A stretch of DNA of 64,000 nt from Phoronis australis (taxonomy: Eukaryota; Animalia; Phoronida): contig NMRA01000685.1 in assembly GCA_002633005.1 (NCBI GenBank), forward strand, positions 1-64,000, given 5' to 3'. Made by a program: the position numbers and the translations under genes. Position 1 is the stretch's first letter, and each line of letters begins with the position of its first letter. Positions 37,132-49,381 of this stretch are shown piece after piece. Below the pieces are notes generated by a model that was not told the DNA's origin, made no database searches, and saw nothing but the letters and a program-made list of their open reading frames with translations.

Positions 37132-40100
37132 TGTGTATGAGGTTTTTTCGCATCCGGAGTTGAGAAGATACAAGACAAATGTCTGTTCTCGAGCTTCATT
37201 TATCCTCATCGTTTCTACATCTTTGACTTTCATTAGTCCATTGCTAATCGCCTTTACTAGTCAAGGTTTGTTTTTGGGTTTCAAATTTGTTGTAAACGTT
37301 TATATCCTCGTGTTCACTCCACAGGCCACAGGCACAGGCACAGGCGTCCTTAGGCAATGGCCATCGCCTCTGTTGGCCCAAAGCAGAGGCGATGTAGAAG
37401 CTATAGGCGCTCTGTACGCCGGAAGCTTTTCGGCGAATTATGCCTCGCACCGACTAAACCATCAAAGTCACGTTGTTACAAATACCTTTTGCGCATAGAG
37501 GAACACCTTAGAGGTTGTCGATGTGTTTAAGTCCTTCCAACTCGAACAAATACTCCCGTTATGAAACTTTTTCTTCGATCAGTCCCTATTTCAATTCCCA
37601 AAATCGTGAAATCAAAATTTTTGTACTGCGCACGCTCCAACTTTTACCGCGCTCGCTAGGTGATGTGACTTCATAACCTCAATAATTTTTAAATAGGCCA
37701 AAGGTGAGCCATTGCGGTCTTGTCAGTCAAATGTTCGTTTCCAAAATGCCACCACTTATACTTGTCTTTAATTGTGTTTCAATGAATTATTGTTTGTATG
37801 TGATAAAAATAAATGCTGTTGATATGACATTTAAAAGTCTTTGTGCACATATTTGACATTTTAATGTTTAACAACACGGCAAATGCACAGCTGGTTCCCG
37901 GCAGCACGAACGCAAAGGGCGGGAACTTCAGCTTTCAAAGTTCGCCGGTAGGATCGCATCTTCTGACCTTCGGCCTGGTTAAAAAAAATGAAAATTTTGA
38001 TTTCACGATTTTGGGAACTGAAATAGGGACTGCTTGAAGAAAAAGCTTCATAACGGGAGTATTTGTTCGAGTTGGAAGAACTTAAACACATCGACAACCT
38101 CCTAAGGTGTTCCTCTATACGCAAAAGGTATTTATAACAACGTGACTTTGATAGTTTAGTCTGTGCGAGGCATAATTCGCCGAAAAGCTTCCGGCGTACA
38201 GAGCGCCTATAGCCTCTACATCGCCTCTGCTTCGGGCCAACAGAGGCGATGGTCATTGCCTAAGGCGTCCTCAGCTTCTGATCGTCCCCAATAGTCAATC
38301 CGCTACATAGTACTGCAAGGTATGACACTCTGGACTAGAATTTCCATTGATGCTTCACGTCAGCTGTACATAGCAAACATAAAATTCATTAAATTTACAC
38401 AAAACAGAGGTTCAACAAACCATGAAGAATTGTTCTTTCTCCCAATACCATTTACGGTGTCCTGCTCCACCGAGTTCGCAAGAAAATCGCGGTCAAAGCA
38501 CAAAAATCTTTCCAAAAAGCTTGTCCGGAGGAACTCCTTGGTCCCACGCGCACGGTATGGCAATATCCGTTAATTTACATGTGTGCGGCAATTGACGATT
38601 CATCACGGAAAGTCACAATTGCCGTTCATCCTTAACTCATCGGATAATTCCGAACCCTGCGTGTGGTACCAAGGAGTTGCTCCGTACGAGCTTTTTGGGA
38701 AGATTTTTGTGCTTTGACTGCGAATTTCTTGTGAACTCGGTGGAGCAGAACATCATAAATGATTGTGGGAGAAAGAAAAATTCTTCATGATTTGTTGAAT
38801 CTCTGTTTTCTGTAAATTTATTGAATTTTGTGTTTGTTATGGATGGCTGAGGTGAAGCACCCATGGAATTTCTAGTCAGGAGTGTCATACCTTGTAGTAT
38901 AGTGTATTGTATTGGGGACGACCGGAAGCTGAGGACTCCTGTGCCACAGGCGTGTTGTGAAAGTGCTTCCGATGAATCATATATGAGCCTCTGTTAGTCA
39001 CTCGCCAATGGGCAATTGCCTATTAGCTGAATGTTTAGCATGCTTGCCGGTTTTATGGGGGTCGCTGGTTCGATTCCCGAGGTCGGGTAATCTCGGCTAT
39101 TACTACAAGCGTCCTCAGCTTCTGATCGTCCCCCAATACACTATATATAATACTACAAGGTATGACACTCCTGACCAGAAATTCTATGGGTGCTTCACTT
39201 CAGCCATCCATATCAAACACAAAACTCAAGAAATTTACACAAAACAAGGTTTCAACAAACCATTAGCAATTGTTGTTTCTTCTAGTACCATTCACGGTGT
39301 CCTGCTCCAGCGAGATTGCAAAAAATTCGCGGTCAAAGCACTAAAATGTTCCCAAAAAGCTCACGCATCGAGCCTCCTTGGACGGTTCGAGGTAACCCAT
39401 TGGCCAGTTTCTTTGTTCGCCGATTCTTCAATCAACTGTCGTTCTTTCATGAGTTTACGTACACTTCACAACAAATTATCGCAATTGGTTTCACTTCATT
39501 ATAAGTTCTGAATATTTTAATGCCAGCAAACCAAATTTCAGACCAAATTGTGCTGTCATCTTCTCCCTAGAGATGTCGTAAAACTTTAAGGGAAATGACG
39601 CCTGCGCGTGTCACGAGCGTTCTGTTTTCAAAACGACATACTTTTCATTGTTACAAAAGGCAGAGAATGAACTAAGAAAGTGACGTTTGCTTGATTGTTC
39701 TTTACTTAAATGGCTGTAACAGGCAAGATGAGTGTCGGTTGACTCCCTAGATTTTGCATGCACCACCCGCCGGTCTTTAGCTTTGCATGTTGATACTAAT
39801 TTAACGATGAGGTTACAAGCAGAACTATACCTGGGCTGTGTGTAATTCCAAGGACTGTCAGAGCTCAACACAGTTGTACCAAACTGTCTTCCTACAGCTC
39901 GCTGCATGGCTGGGTGCTCAAGATGATACATCATCCACATAGTAACTGCGTTTTAATTAAAATTGCACGCCGTCTTCTTGGTGTGTCTTTGAGCTAGGCT
40001 CGCCCTTTCTACCAATCAGATTCAAAATCTTGCTTCCTCTTGTTTTTCTAATAATCTGCGTCATATTTTCTTTTTTTTTTCCGCCGCAGTTTGCTTAGAA

Positions 40101-43100
40101 AAAGGGCTGACTCCCTCTAAAAAACGCCACATTGTTACACTTGACAAATGAAAATGAGAACACCCAAGACGATAGCACGTGCACCAGTCGTGCACAAGTC
40201 CACGCCCATATCACGATTCTACCTTGGGACTAGAACAGTGTTCAAGGGGTGGGAATGTTACTCATTGTCTTGCCAGGGGCCACACTGAGAAATGTTGTGC
40301 TGTACTGCTAAAGCATATGGCTGGACCAAAATATGGAAACAGCCTTTGCATCTGGAAATCTCATGGCCGCACCAAATAGACTCTATACATGATCAATCTA
40401 TCTAAAATTCCGATACTTTATTCTGCTTATAACGATAGCAAAGACAACCATTTTAATATATGTTTTCAATGTTATTATTTGTATTTAATAATCTGGCTAA
40501 AGTTGCACTGTACAATAACAAGTCAGTTCAAAGAAATATGGTATTTCACTTGCTGTGAGCACTAATCCACAAATTCCTTTGTGCAGGACCCACCACACAT
40601 TGCACTCATTGTAACCTTTTGTCTCGAGGAATCGCATAACGGGTGACATCTACTGACGCACTGCGCCGATGTTTTTTACTGCCGGAGCATCAACACGCTG
40701 ACCAAACTTAACATTAAATTCATGATAAAAACAGCATAGGGAGTAGAAATTTTATTCATGTTCATCTGGGAAACGAGAGAGTACTTTTGCGCTCTGAAAA
40801 TTCTCTTGCCACCTGGACCACCAGCAAATGAACTTCTACTCGCCCGGCACCATTTTTACTCGCGTTGGCGACTGCGCAAGTGGCTAAGTATATCCCTGTA
40901 TGCTATAATAAAGTTCAACTGACTTACGTTTTCACTGATGAAATGAAGCATGCTAAACAGTATGTATGGAAACAATTACTTGTGAATGATGGATTGGATA
41001 TAAATACACTGCCAAATCATGAGTCACCTGACTAAAAAAGCTGGGACCTTGGCAGTTGTGTAGGGTCTACCTACTCTTTACAGTGAGCTACAGTGCAATA
41101 GGGCATAGACGCAGTAAAAAATCTGTTTTCGTTTTGAACGTAGGTCTAACTCTATTCACTCTACAGGTCAACTAACGTAGGTCTAACTCTATTCACTCTA
41201 CAGGTCAAACAACGTAAGTCTAACTCTATTCACTCTACAGGTCAACCAACGTAGTTCTAACTCTATTCACTCTACAGGTCAACCAAGGTAGGTCTACTCT
41301 ATTCACTCTACAGGTCAAACAACATAAGTCTAACTCTATTCACTCTACAGGTCAACCAACGTAGGTCTAACTCTATTCACTCTACAGGTCAACCAACGTA
41401 GGTCTAACTCTATTCACTCTACAGGTCAACCGTAGGTCTAACTCTATTCACTTTACAGATCAACCAATTTAGGTCTAACTCTATTCACTCTGCAGGTCAA
41501 CCAAAACCCAAGCCAAGTTGAAAGCTACAATCATTACGTCGAATTTGAATCATGTCGAAAGCAGGTCACTCCACTCGACTTTTTTGAATGACTGAAGAAT
41601 TTATTGCAGAACAATTGAATACAGTGCTTGGTCATCGACTTTCATGTCTAATAAAGAAAAGTTAAGAACTTTACGTGATTGCTAAGACCCCTATTCTTTA
41701 TCAATCTTTTGTACACTTTTCCAGTGACCTAGTTACATGATCTCGATTGAAATGCACCAGCTTCAGTCGAAATAAAAGCGAAGGCGTTGTTTCTCTTTAT
41801 ATTTTTCAAGTTGAGTACATTAGCTATAAAACTACTTGTAATTCTTTAATTAAACTTAAGTTACAGATGAAATAAGTTGGAAAAATAAAATCTTGGTGCT
41901 CGTGTTGAGCTTGGGTCACGTGTCTCTGTTCCATTGAAGTGAATGAGTTGGTCTCATAGATTGACGCTAGGAGAACACAGTGAAATCGGTTAAACCGGCT
42001 GCAAAGTTCTAGTCCCTGAAAAGCTGTTGTGTTATTTTACTGCCAATTTTCTACCTCAGTGCAGTCTATCTGTCCTTTTGTTTACTACGCTTTGTTTCCA
42101 GTAGTTTTTAGCCAATTCTGGTGTGTTTTTGGACTATATTTTTCAGGTGACACACATTCAACACACTTGACCCATTTTTGACACAATCAACCATCTCTGA
42201 CTGCCTGAGAATTATGGGAAAATAAGTAATATTCGCTGGCACCAGTCGAGGTTTGATGAGTGTTTTCGTAAAGAGGATGAAATTTTCTACAAAATCAACA
42301 CATTTTGAATGTTTAAATTGCCAGAATAAATATAGTTGCGCTAAAAATTTCCATTGATTGCATTCGAATTCGACATAACAATCATAGTACTACTGATAGA
42401 CTGCTCTAGGCAGTTCCGCTGTATCAACTGGCCCCAGTAAAGACTGTCTATCCTATTGGCTCTCCATATGCAGGAAGCTTTTCGACAAATTATGCCTCTT
42501 ACTGATTGAACCATCCAAGTCGTGATGCTAGAAGTACCTTTTGCACATAGATGGACACCTAAATCCAAGTCATGTTACTAGAAGTACCTTTTGCACATAG
42601 TTGCACACCTTAGGTGGCCGTTGATGTCTTTAACTCTTCTCATCTCGAACAATTACTCCCACAATCAAATTTTCTATTCGTAAGTTCTTCGTTCGTTTGC
42701 TCAAATGGGCAAACTGTCCATTTTTACTCTGCTTGCTCCAGGCGATAAGATGTCATATCCATTTTTTATTGCCAGGAAGAACATCCAGAGCATTTAGGAT
42801 TCAAACACACTTCAGAAAGTCATTGGGGTCATCTGCCCTCTAATGTAGTCACTAATCTTGTTTTTTTGTCACAGCAACGACATTTTTAAGTCCAGTTTGA
42901 GTGGTGTAGCTGCACGTTTATCGTTGTTCTTAATGCATGTCGGAAAAATCCAATTGCTGCTTTAAGCGCTACCTTTCTTCGTATGTTGTATCATTTATAC
43001 GATAATTTATCCGCAGGTTTTGTATCATTTATACGATAATTCATCCGCAGGTTTTTGGCTGAGGCGAGATTTCTACCAAGAGCAGGCTGATGTGAAGTTC

Positions 43101-46100
43101 AAACACCAGCTCCTTCTGTTGTTAGATGTATGGGAAACGGGCGGTGCTGGCATGTCGACCAAACAGATGGTGTGGAGCACCTTTCCCAGTTTCAACAAGT
43201 TATTCGCCCCTAATGTCAAGATTCCCATGGTGAAGGTATGAGGAACTTGTTTGTCACAAGTGATCGTGTTTTGTTGACAACTTCTCTTAAAGATGTAGTC
43301 CTCGGCTTTCCCTACTTGGATAGTTCATGCCCTAAAAGATAGAAGTAGTGCCAAGGATGTAGCATGCCCGCTCACTCACAATATCTTGAATTGACTTTGA
43401 TGTACAAACGTTGCATCTGTTTGTTAAATGTAATCGTTCGCAGACAAATTTAATGGTTAGTGGCACAGTCTACTAGGGGTTGCTGACATTACATCTCATG
43501 TCTACTGAAATCATTATGTTGATCATCAGGAAAATCAGATCTGCTCGGTCAGTTCTTAAGTTACCACATAGGTATTCCTCAATTCTCATCACCTGTCTGT
43601 AGTGTTTTTAATATTTACTAGTCTTTACTTTGTTTTCGACATCTGTCTCATTTATCAGCCAAATGACTCTAAGAATCGTTAGTAAAATATGTGTGTTCCT
43701 ACAAAAAAGAGCATTGTTGTCAATGATTTTTGGACATTTTTGATTGTGGTTAGGCCCTCTAGTGTCAGTATTTCGTTTTTCGTACTCACAGCTGTTTCTC
43801 CTAAGCACCTGGAGGATCTTTGTGAAATTTGTGTTTCGGATGATGAGAACTTTTGGACATTTCTGACTACCAGTGTACCATCTGGTGGGAATTTTAGTTG
43901 TTTTATGATTTTGGCAGGTGTGTTCCTATTGAGGAGAGCATTGTTGGCTTGCCCTGCACCCCCTATAGGCTATTTTAAGTTAAGATTGCTCCCTTTAATG
44001 GGAATGTTTAAATTAATAATCATCCCTTGTAACTGCGCTTCATGTGATGCTCATGATGGGCGCATATCAATGCTTCACATTGCTCTTGCTAGATTCTAGT
44101 ACATACTTGTTTTCTCATGTCACAACGTCACCCTCAATCTTATTTAGTCTTATTTTGTTGTAATTGTAACCTCTTTTTATCATTGAAGTTTTGACTGTCA
44201 AGGCTTTGACGAACATATCATTTCTGTTGCAGGCCCGTGAAGTTGACAACTATCTTGATGGCAAAAATGATGCCCTTTATTTTACACTGGAGATGCCTCT
44301 GTTGGATACAGTTCAAGTGATGGGAGTCACTCTGATGCTGTTTTTTGATTACAGGCTATATGTAAGCAATTGCGTCATGTTTAATGTTAAATTGTTTATT
44401 TCAAACATAAGGATCAGAGTTTGTGGGTGCAATAGGGCAGAATCTTACGAATTCAGGACACAGTATGGCCTATCAGTTTTTCCTCGAAACGTGTTGCACA
44501 AAATTAAATGATATTCCATGGTACAACAAGCATCACAGCAATATTAAAAGCCTTTGTTGGCAATTATTTTTGTTTGAAATTAGTGAGAATTTACCGTTCT
44601 TGCAGCTATACCGGGCAAGTTTGTAAGACAGTAGATTTTGACAGTAACTTTTGGAACAGTTCAAGTGTACTTGTGGTGCCATAGGTGTACTCTGTTTTGT
44701 GCGTATCAATTTTAAGACTTAAGGACAACATTGTCAAGTACAGTGGAGTAGGGCATAGACTTAACAGTGTCCTACAATTGAGCAATGTAGTGAAGGGGGC
44801 CGAAAACTGTCCCTTGTAGTATGTGGTTACCAGCAGTTGTATTGTGACATGTTTATGTCTCATGTTTATCTCCCTGAGGTCACTCACTGGCAAATGGTTG
44901 TCTGCTGAGACATCCCTATTCGTAAGGTCATCTATCATGAAAACTTTTTAGATTTTCACTATGTTTATGCTTCTAAAAGTTAGTCTAAGTCTGCTTTGCA
45001 TTTTACATTTTTGTATTGCCGGCAGACATTTTCTGAATTTACTATGGAAAGTATGGCGTATATTCACTATGAGTCGGCAAGACCTGGTGCTAAGTTCACG
45101 GCTGTTGGGGACCTTCGCCTACGTCAGAGGGAGTACCTAGGTCACCGAGGGGTCAACTCTGTGTATAACGTAAGTGTTATTAAAACATTTGAGTCTGAGG
45201 CTTCGTTAATTTATGACTGATGAGTATCGTTCTTTGTGTAATAAGTGTACATGCATTATGCACTACAAGACACTTAGTGTTTTGTTGAACAGACAGCGGT
45301 AGTACACTTGCTAAAGTAGTAGCTGTGTGAATCGTGATGCATACAGGAACACTTGACAATGGTTTAAATTGATTTCTGGATTTGGAACTCCTGTTGTCTG
45401 AAGTTAACACCAAAAGAGAGATGTGCTATGGTAAAAATTCTTCAATTTGGGTAAAATGTGCTAAAATTACCATATTTCTATTTTTCAAATGCTTACCACA
45501 TTCTTGCAAACCATGCCAGAAGCAAAGTAAATTTTCCTAAAAAGTAACTTTTCTTGAGAAATTTGTGTACCAAACTGAAGAATTTTTACCGTAGAAGGTT
45601 CTCTGTTTGTCGTACACAAGTGGATGCAAAAGGTGTAACAAAATGTAATGAAAATTAATATAGTTTTATTTCACAGATGATGGCATGCTTATACAAAGTG
45701 TAACTCATGATAACTGCATGGTGTCTAGAGAAACTGATCGAATGAACTGTGAAATTTGTGGAGACAGCAACAATATTTATTACTTATTTTTAGGTCCCTG
45801 TTGTTGATAGCACCAGTATATTTGCCGAAGCATTTGACTTGAGCACAATTTTAAGCAACTATGATAGGAGAAACTGTGAGTACAGGGGATCTTTAATGCT
45901 GTGCTGTTGTATGAAATATGTGGCACTGCTTCAGTATGTGAATATTAGGGGAAGATACTGTTTTGTAGGACCCTGGAAATTCTTTAAAATGTAGCTAACT
46001 TCGGAACATCATATTTCAGATACAATGGTTTGTGCGCTATTTTCCAAAGTGGTGATTACACTTGTTTTTAAAATGTTCCATTTTTCATGAGGAGCTGACA

Positions 46101-47324
46101 AAAAATAGGACCCCTGTGATATTTTGGAAAAATTTAAATTTGCATAATGTGAAAATGAAGTGATAATTGAGATTTTTTTGAGATTCAATCTTCAACATTT
46201 GTATCAAACCAAATTTGGTCATGTTGTTATTAATAAATTTTTTGCTATGAATGTACTTTTTTCTTAAAGTATGCTAAAAGCACTTGGTCACATGACACAG
46301 TTAATGTCATTTTGTTCAAAAGTCAAATTCCTCAAGCTTTCTGCTTTCAGAAAGTGTATACTTTTACGGTGATAAAAACAAATAGTTTTGTAGATGATTG
46401 GCTAAGTCCACAGACTAGACATTATGGTCCTACATGAATTTTGCATGTATATGGGATGTAGGCTGGAATTTGATTTGTGGCATTTTCATTGCATACTTTG
46501 ACAGAAATGGGACAGCTAGTCACTACTTTCCGCCTTCACACTGTTTTAAAACACTACAGTCCAATTAGAATTGTAAAAAAAATTAGTGAAAACTAACCTC
46601 ATTTCAAAATCTAGTGACCATTTGTTGTGAGAAAATTGTCAGTAATGATCAATAGTTAGACATGCTTTTCACACTGATTGTGTTTATTTGCAGTTACAAC
46701 ATACCTTGACTGTCCTTATCCACTGTGGATTACCGGCAGAGGAAATGGACAACCATTTGTTGTCAATGTATCTATGAATTACCCAGAAGAGACTCTCGCG
46801 TATCCTTTCTCAACATTGACTTATATCTACCTGTAGAGTTCAGTTATGATAACGCTCTTTTTACTTTGGATTTGTGGATTCCAGCTATTGTGTCCAGTCT
46901 TTAAACACAATAATTTTTCAGTTCTTCCAAGCCGAGGTATCATTTCTTAGTTTTGTAACGTACAAGCCGAGATGCCTTACCGCAGGAAGGGGCCTAATCA
47001 AACATTTTGACTCTGATGTTGGAAATGTTATGTTTACAAGGTGGATGTCGAGCTACTTTCATTTAAAGAAACACAACTGATTTTCCACAATTCCATTCTG
47101 ACGTTTGTCAATGCTGTCATGCATGATTACCAGAGTTATGTATCCTTGACCTCAGTTCCAGTTACAGACCTGGCTTCTGGCAGCTCATCAAGTGGGCCTG
47201 GGTACAATATGTCTCCATTCTCATCCTATTTGTGTTTGTGTTTGACAGAATAAAGGTTACCATCTTCCAGGGTCAAATTGTTCCCACAATTGTCGAGAGA
47301 CCATTCAGGGAAAAGACGCATTAG
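37127..47324 (+). CDS. TMEM231: Transmembrane protein 231 (ciliary transition zone, MKS module); 7 exons, 315 aa
   Basis: Exons: 37127-37265, 43051-43235, 44233-44361, 45026-45169, 45794-45875, 46694-46799, 47162-47324 (TAG). 948 nt, phases consistent. Peptides [73 protein letters not shown] match the TMEM231 family, with N- and C-terminal hydrophobic segments. Confidence 0.95.
37351..38262. mobile_element. Foldback element with ~275-bp TIRs and a 9-bp TSD (Academ- or MULE-like)
   Basis: Termini taggcaatg...cattgccta; TSD aggcgtcct at 37342-37350 and 38263-38271. Confidence 0.85.
38263..38943. mobile_element. Foldback element with ~300-bp TIRs and a ~70-bp spacer; its left terminus (37340-37350) is split by the 37351-38262 insertion
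   Basis: cacaggcgtcct|cagcttctgatcgtccccaata ... tattggggacgaccggaagctgaggactcctgtg; the ORF track shows mirror peptides at 38322+ and 38637-; a third arm copy lies at about 39105-39380. Confidence 0.85.
38985..39105 (+). mobile_element. tRNA-derived repeat head (related to 62630-63190)
   Basis: gagcctct...agtcactcgccaa..ggcaattgcct followed by A-box-like tagctgaatg and B box ggttcgattccc. Confidence 0.55.
41137..41503 (+). repeat. 37-bp minisatellite, 10 copies, in TMEM231 intron 1
   Basis: Unit aacgtaggtctaactctattcactctacaggtcaacc at 41137, 41174, 41211, 41248, 41285, 41321, 41358, 41395, 41429 and 41466. Confidence 0.95.
42987..43054 (+). repeat. 34-bp tandem duplication of the TMEM231 exon 2 acceptor
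   Basis: tgtatcatttatacgataatt[tc]atccgcaggttt twice, one mismatch. Confidence 0.95.
43600..44090 (-). mobile_element. HINE-like element copy 3 (reverse orientation, truncated)
   Basis: 44058-44090 gggcgcatatcaatgcttcacattgctcttgct is the reverse complement of the family 5' end; internal repeats ttttggacattt and CTCF-like motifs lie on the minus strand. Confidence 0.7.
46800..47161 (+). other. U12-type (minor spliceosome) GT-AG intron, TMEM231 intron 6
   Basis: 5' site GTATCCTTT at 46800; branch site TCCTTGAC at 47143-47150, about 12 nt upstream of the AG; no long pyrimidine tract; splicing here restores the frame (GC|T, Ala). Confidence 0.92.
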
Positions 47325-47328
47325 TGGA

Positions 47329-47435
47329 CAAGAGGCAACGTTGTCACGCTGGTGTTGATGTATGGCTAAAGGGCTTAGTTGCAAGAGGCAATGTTGTCAC
47401 GCTGGTGTTAATGTATGGCTAAAGAGCTTAGCTGC
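47329..47435. repeat. 53-bp tandem duplication at the start of the TMEM231 3' UTR
   Basis: caagaggcaa.gttgtcacgctggtgtt.atgtatggctaaag.gcttag at 47329 and 47382. Confidence 0.9.
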
Positions 47436-49068
47436 ATGGAAGTTGACAAGCACTATGAGACCACACAATCATGTGATTATAATTGTCTTCATTGAACAGT
47501 GCTTTTAACATCATCCATTAATCAAACGTTTTGTCCAGTGGACAAGTTTTGATTTAGTTTCATTCAACCAGAACCATCCCAGGTAGTGTAACAGTTAGAT
47601 ACTGGATTACAGAATCTCGTGTTTCCCACCATCCTGTCATAGAGTGTGATTGGCACCGTTCAGCAAAGTAAGTTGTTCAATGGCGGCCTTGCATGTGTGC
47701 AGTCATCCCTTGTTTAAAAGGATACTAAATCTATTTTTGACCTATGAATAGATATTAATAATAATTTTCTCATCCATGTTTCTGAAGCAAAATAATGCCG
47801 TCACACTTGTTAACCCTCAAATGTTTGGAGCAAAATGGGAAAACTCCTTTCAAAGCCTGCTAAATGGATAAGCGTGACCTACGCTATAGACAAATTAAAT
47901 AGTAACCACGGCGAAAGACCACCCAACAAGAGCCACAATACCCATTCTTTGACACATTGAGTGTTTTTAGTTGAATGCTGCTTTTAATTATTGCTCAAGT
48001 GAGACGCCAGTGGTGCATTAGTGGTGGACATAGTGAGGATTGTTTGAAATCACCGAAACAGGGTTTAGTAATTCCTTTTAAGTAAAAGAAATCTGTGAAT
48101 CACCTGGTGTTTCAAGTTTTACCATTTACAACTTTTTGACAAAATCTTGTACAAGTTATTGACATTAAGTACTTCATCTAATCATATTTCATCATCGTTG
48201 TATGTGACAGTCTTTGCCATATTTTGAAACATGAGAAATTGTTTTTGTACTGTCTAGTCTAACTAGCAGTCTGTACTGTAAATAATATTGATCTAAGACA
48301 TTTTGTTTGCTGTAGACACACCAATATATTACTTTAAACGTTTGTAGCTAGCAGACTAGTGGCTTAGCAGAATAAGACATAGTGCTCTGCGAAATTGAAT
48401 GGTCTTTGGACATCATTAGTTGTTGATTTCACAATGTATTACATCCGTTATATTTTATGGTCTGATGGTATTCAGTTGACCTAAACTCACAGATTCAGCT
48501 GCAAAGTTACGAGTTTAACATAAGTTACATTCAATCAGTTGTCTGTTAGGCAACAATGTAAGTAATGAAGGACTTCCAATTGTTGTACTTCACTTAATTT
48601 TTACTGCCTTTGATAATTGTGATGTGGACTTCTTTTAAAGTGCATATGAACCCACTTTCCTTTAAAAAATATGTTTGATTGAGAGCGTTCAATGTTATAA
48701 ATCTGGTCTGAACTCATGTTCCTTGCTCAGATTAGAGACGATATCCGGGCTTGGACTCGAGCTCTGTCAAACTGTCAGGTGATCCCTACACCACAAGTCA
48801 TTCTTACCTGAGAAGGGAATGAGTAGAAACAGGTTTGGTAGGGCAAAGTGGTCTAAATAGTGGTTCATAGCAGATTTACAGTTATTTATTGTACTATTAA
48901 GAGTTGTGCATATTTTGTACGTATCTTCCAAACTTGTACATAAATTGTAAATTAAGGGCATCTTAGCAGTGCTGTATTTTTGATAAGTCGGATAATTGAT
49001 TTTATATTATGTGTGGAAAGTTTTGTGTTATAAGTAAATGTGTAAATGTTTAATTTATTTTCTTTTTT

Positions 49069-49074
49069 AATAAA
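49069..49074 (+). terminator. Candidate TMEM231 polyadenylation signal
   Basis: AATAAA with U-rich upstream and GU-rich downstream sequence; a second AATAAA at 49160. Confidence 0.5.
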
Positions 49075-49375
49075 GAACAAGCATTAATATGATTTAGTGT
49101 TTTGAAATGTCATTTAAATATTCCAGTTGATAATGAGTACGGTTTAATTGCCTACTCATAATAAACCCTTACAAACCCGTAAAAAGCTCATTTGCATGTC
49201 TCCTTCAACAATGTGAATTGTGTGTTCTTGCTCTGTGGAGTCTTTGTGCAATAGTTAGTGTCAGCTTACTCATGAAAAGGAATGAACAAGTGACACCACA
49301 TCTCAACACGTCAAAATTTTTGATTGTTTGGAAAGAAGCAAGTGACGCCACATCTCAAGACAGTGAAAAGATACA

Positions 49376-49381
49376 TTTATT
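49376..49381 (-). terminator. Candidate BBS4 polyadenylation signal
   Basis: tttatt on plus (AATAAA on minus), about 1 kb after the stop; base skew switches from T-rich to A-rich around 49.1-49.4 kb. Confidence 0.45.

Noticed and set aside
37028-37498. 156-aa ORF as a single-exon gene
   Set aside because: It is TMEM231 exon 1 plus upstream sequence and read-through into an intronic transposon; family similarity starts at ATG 37127.
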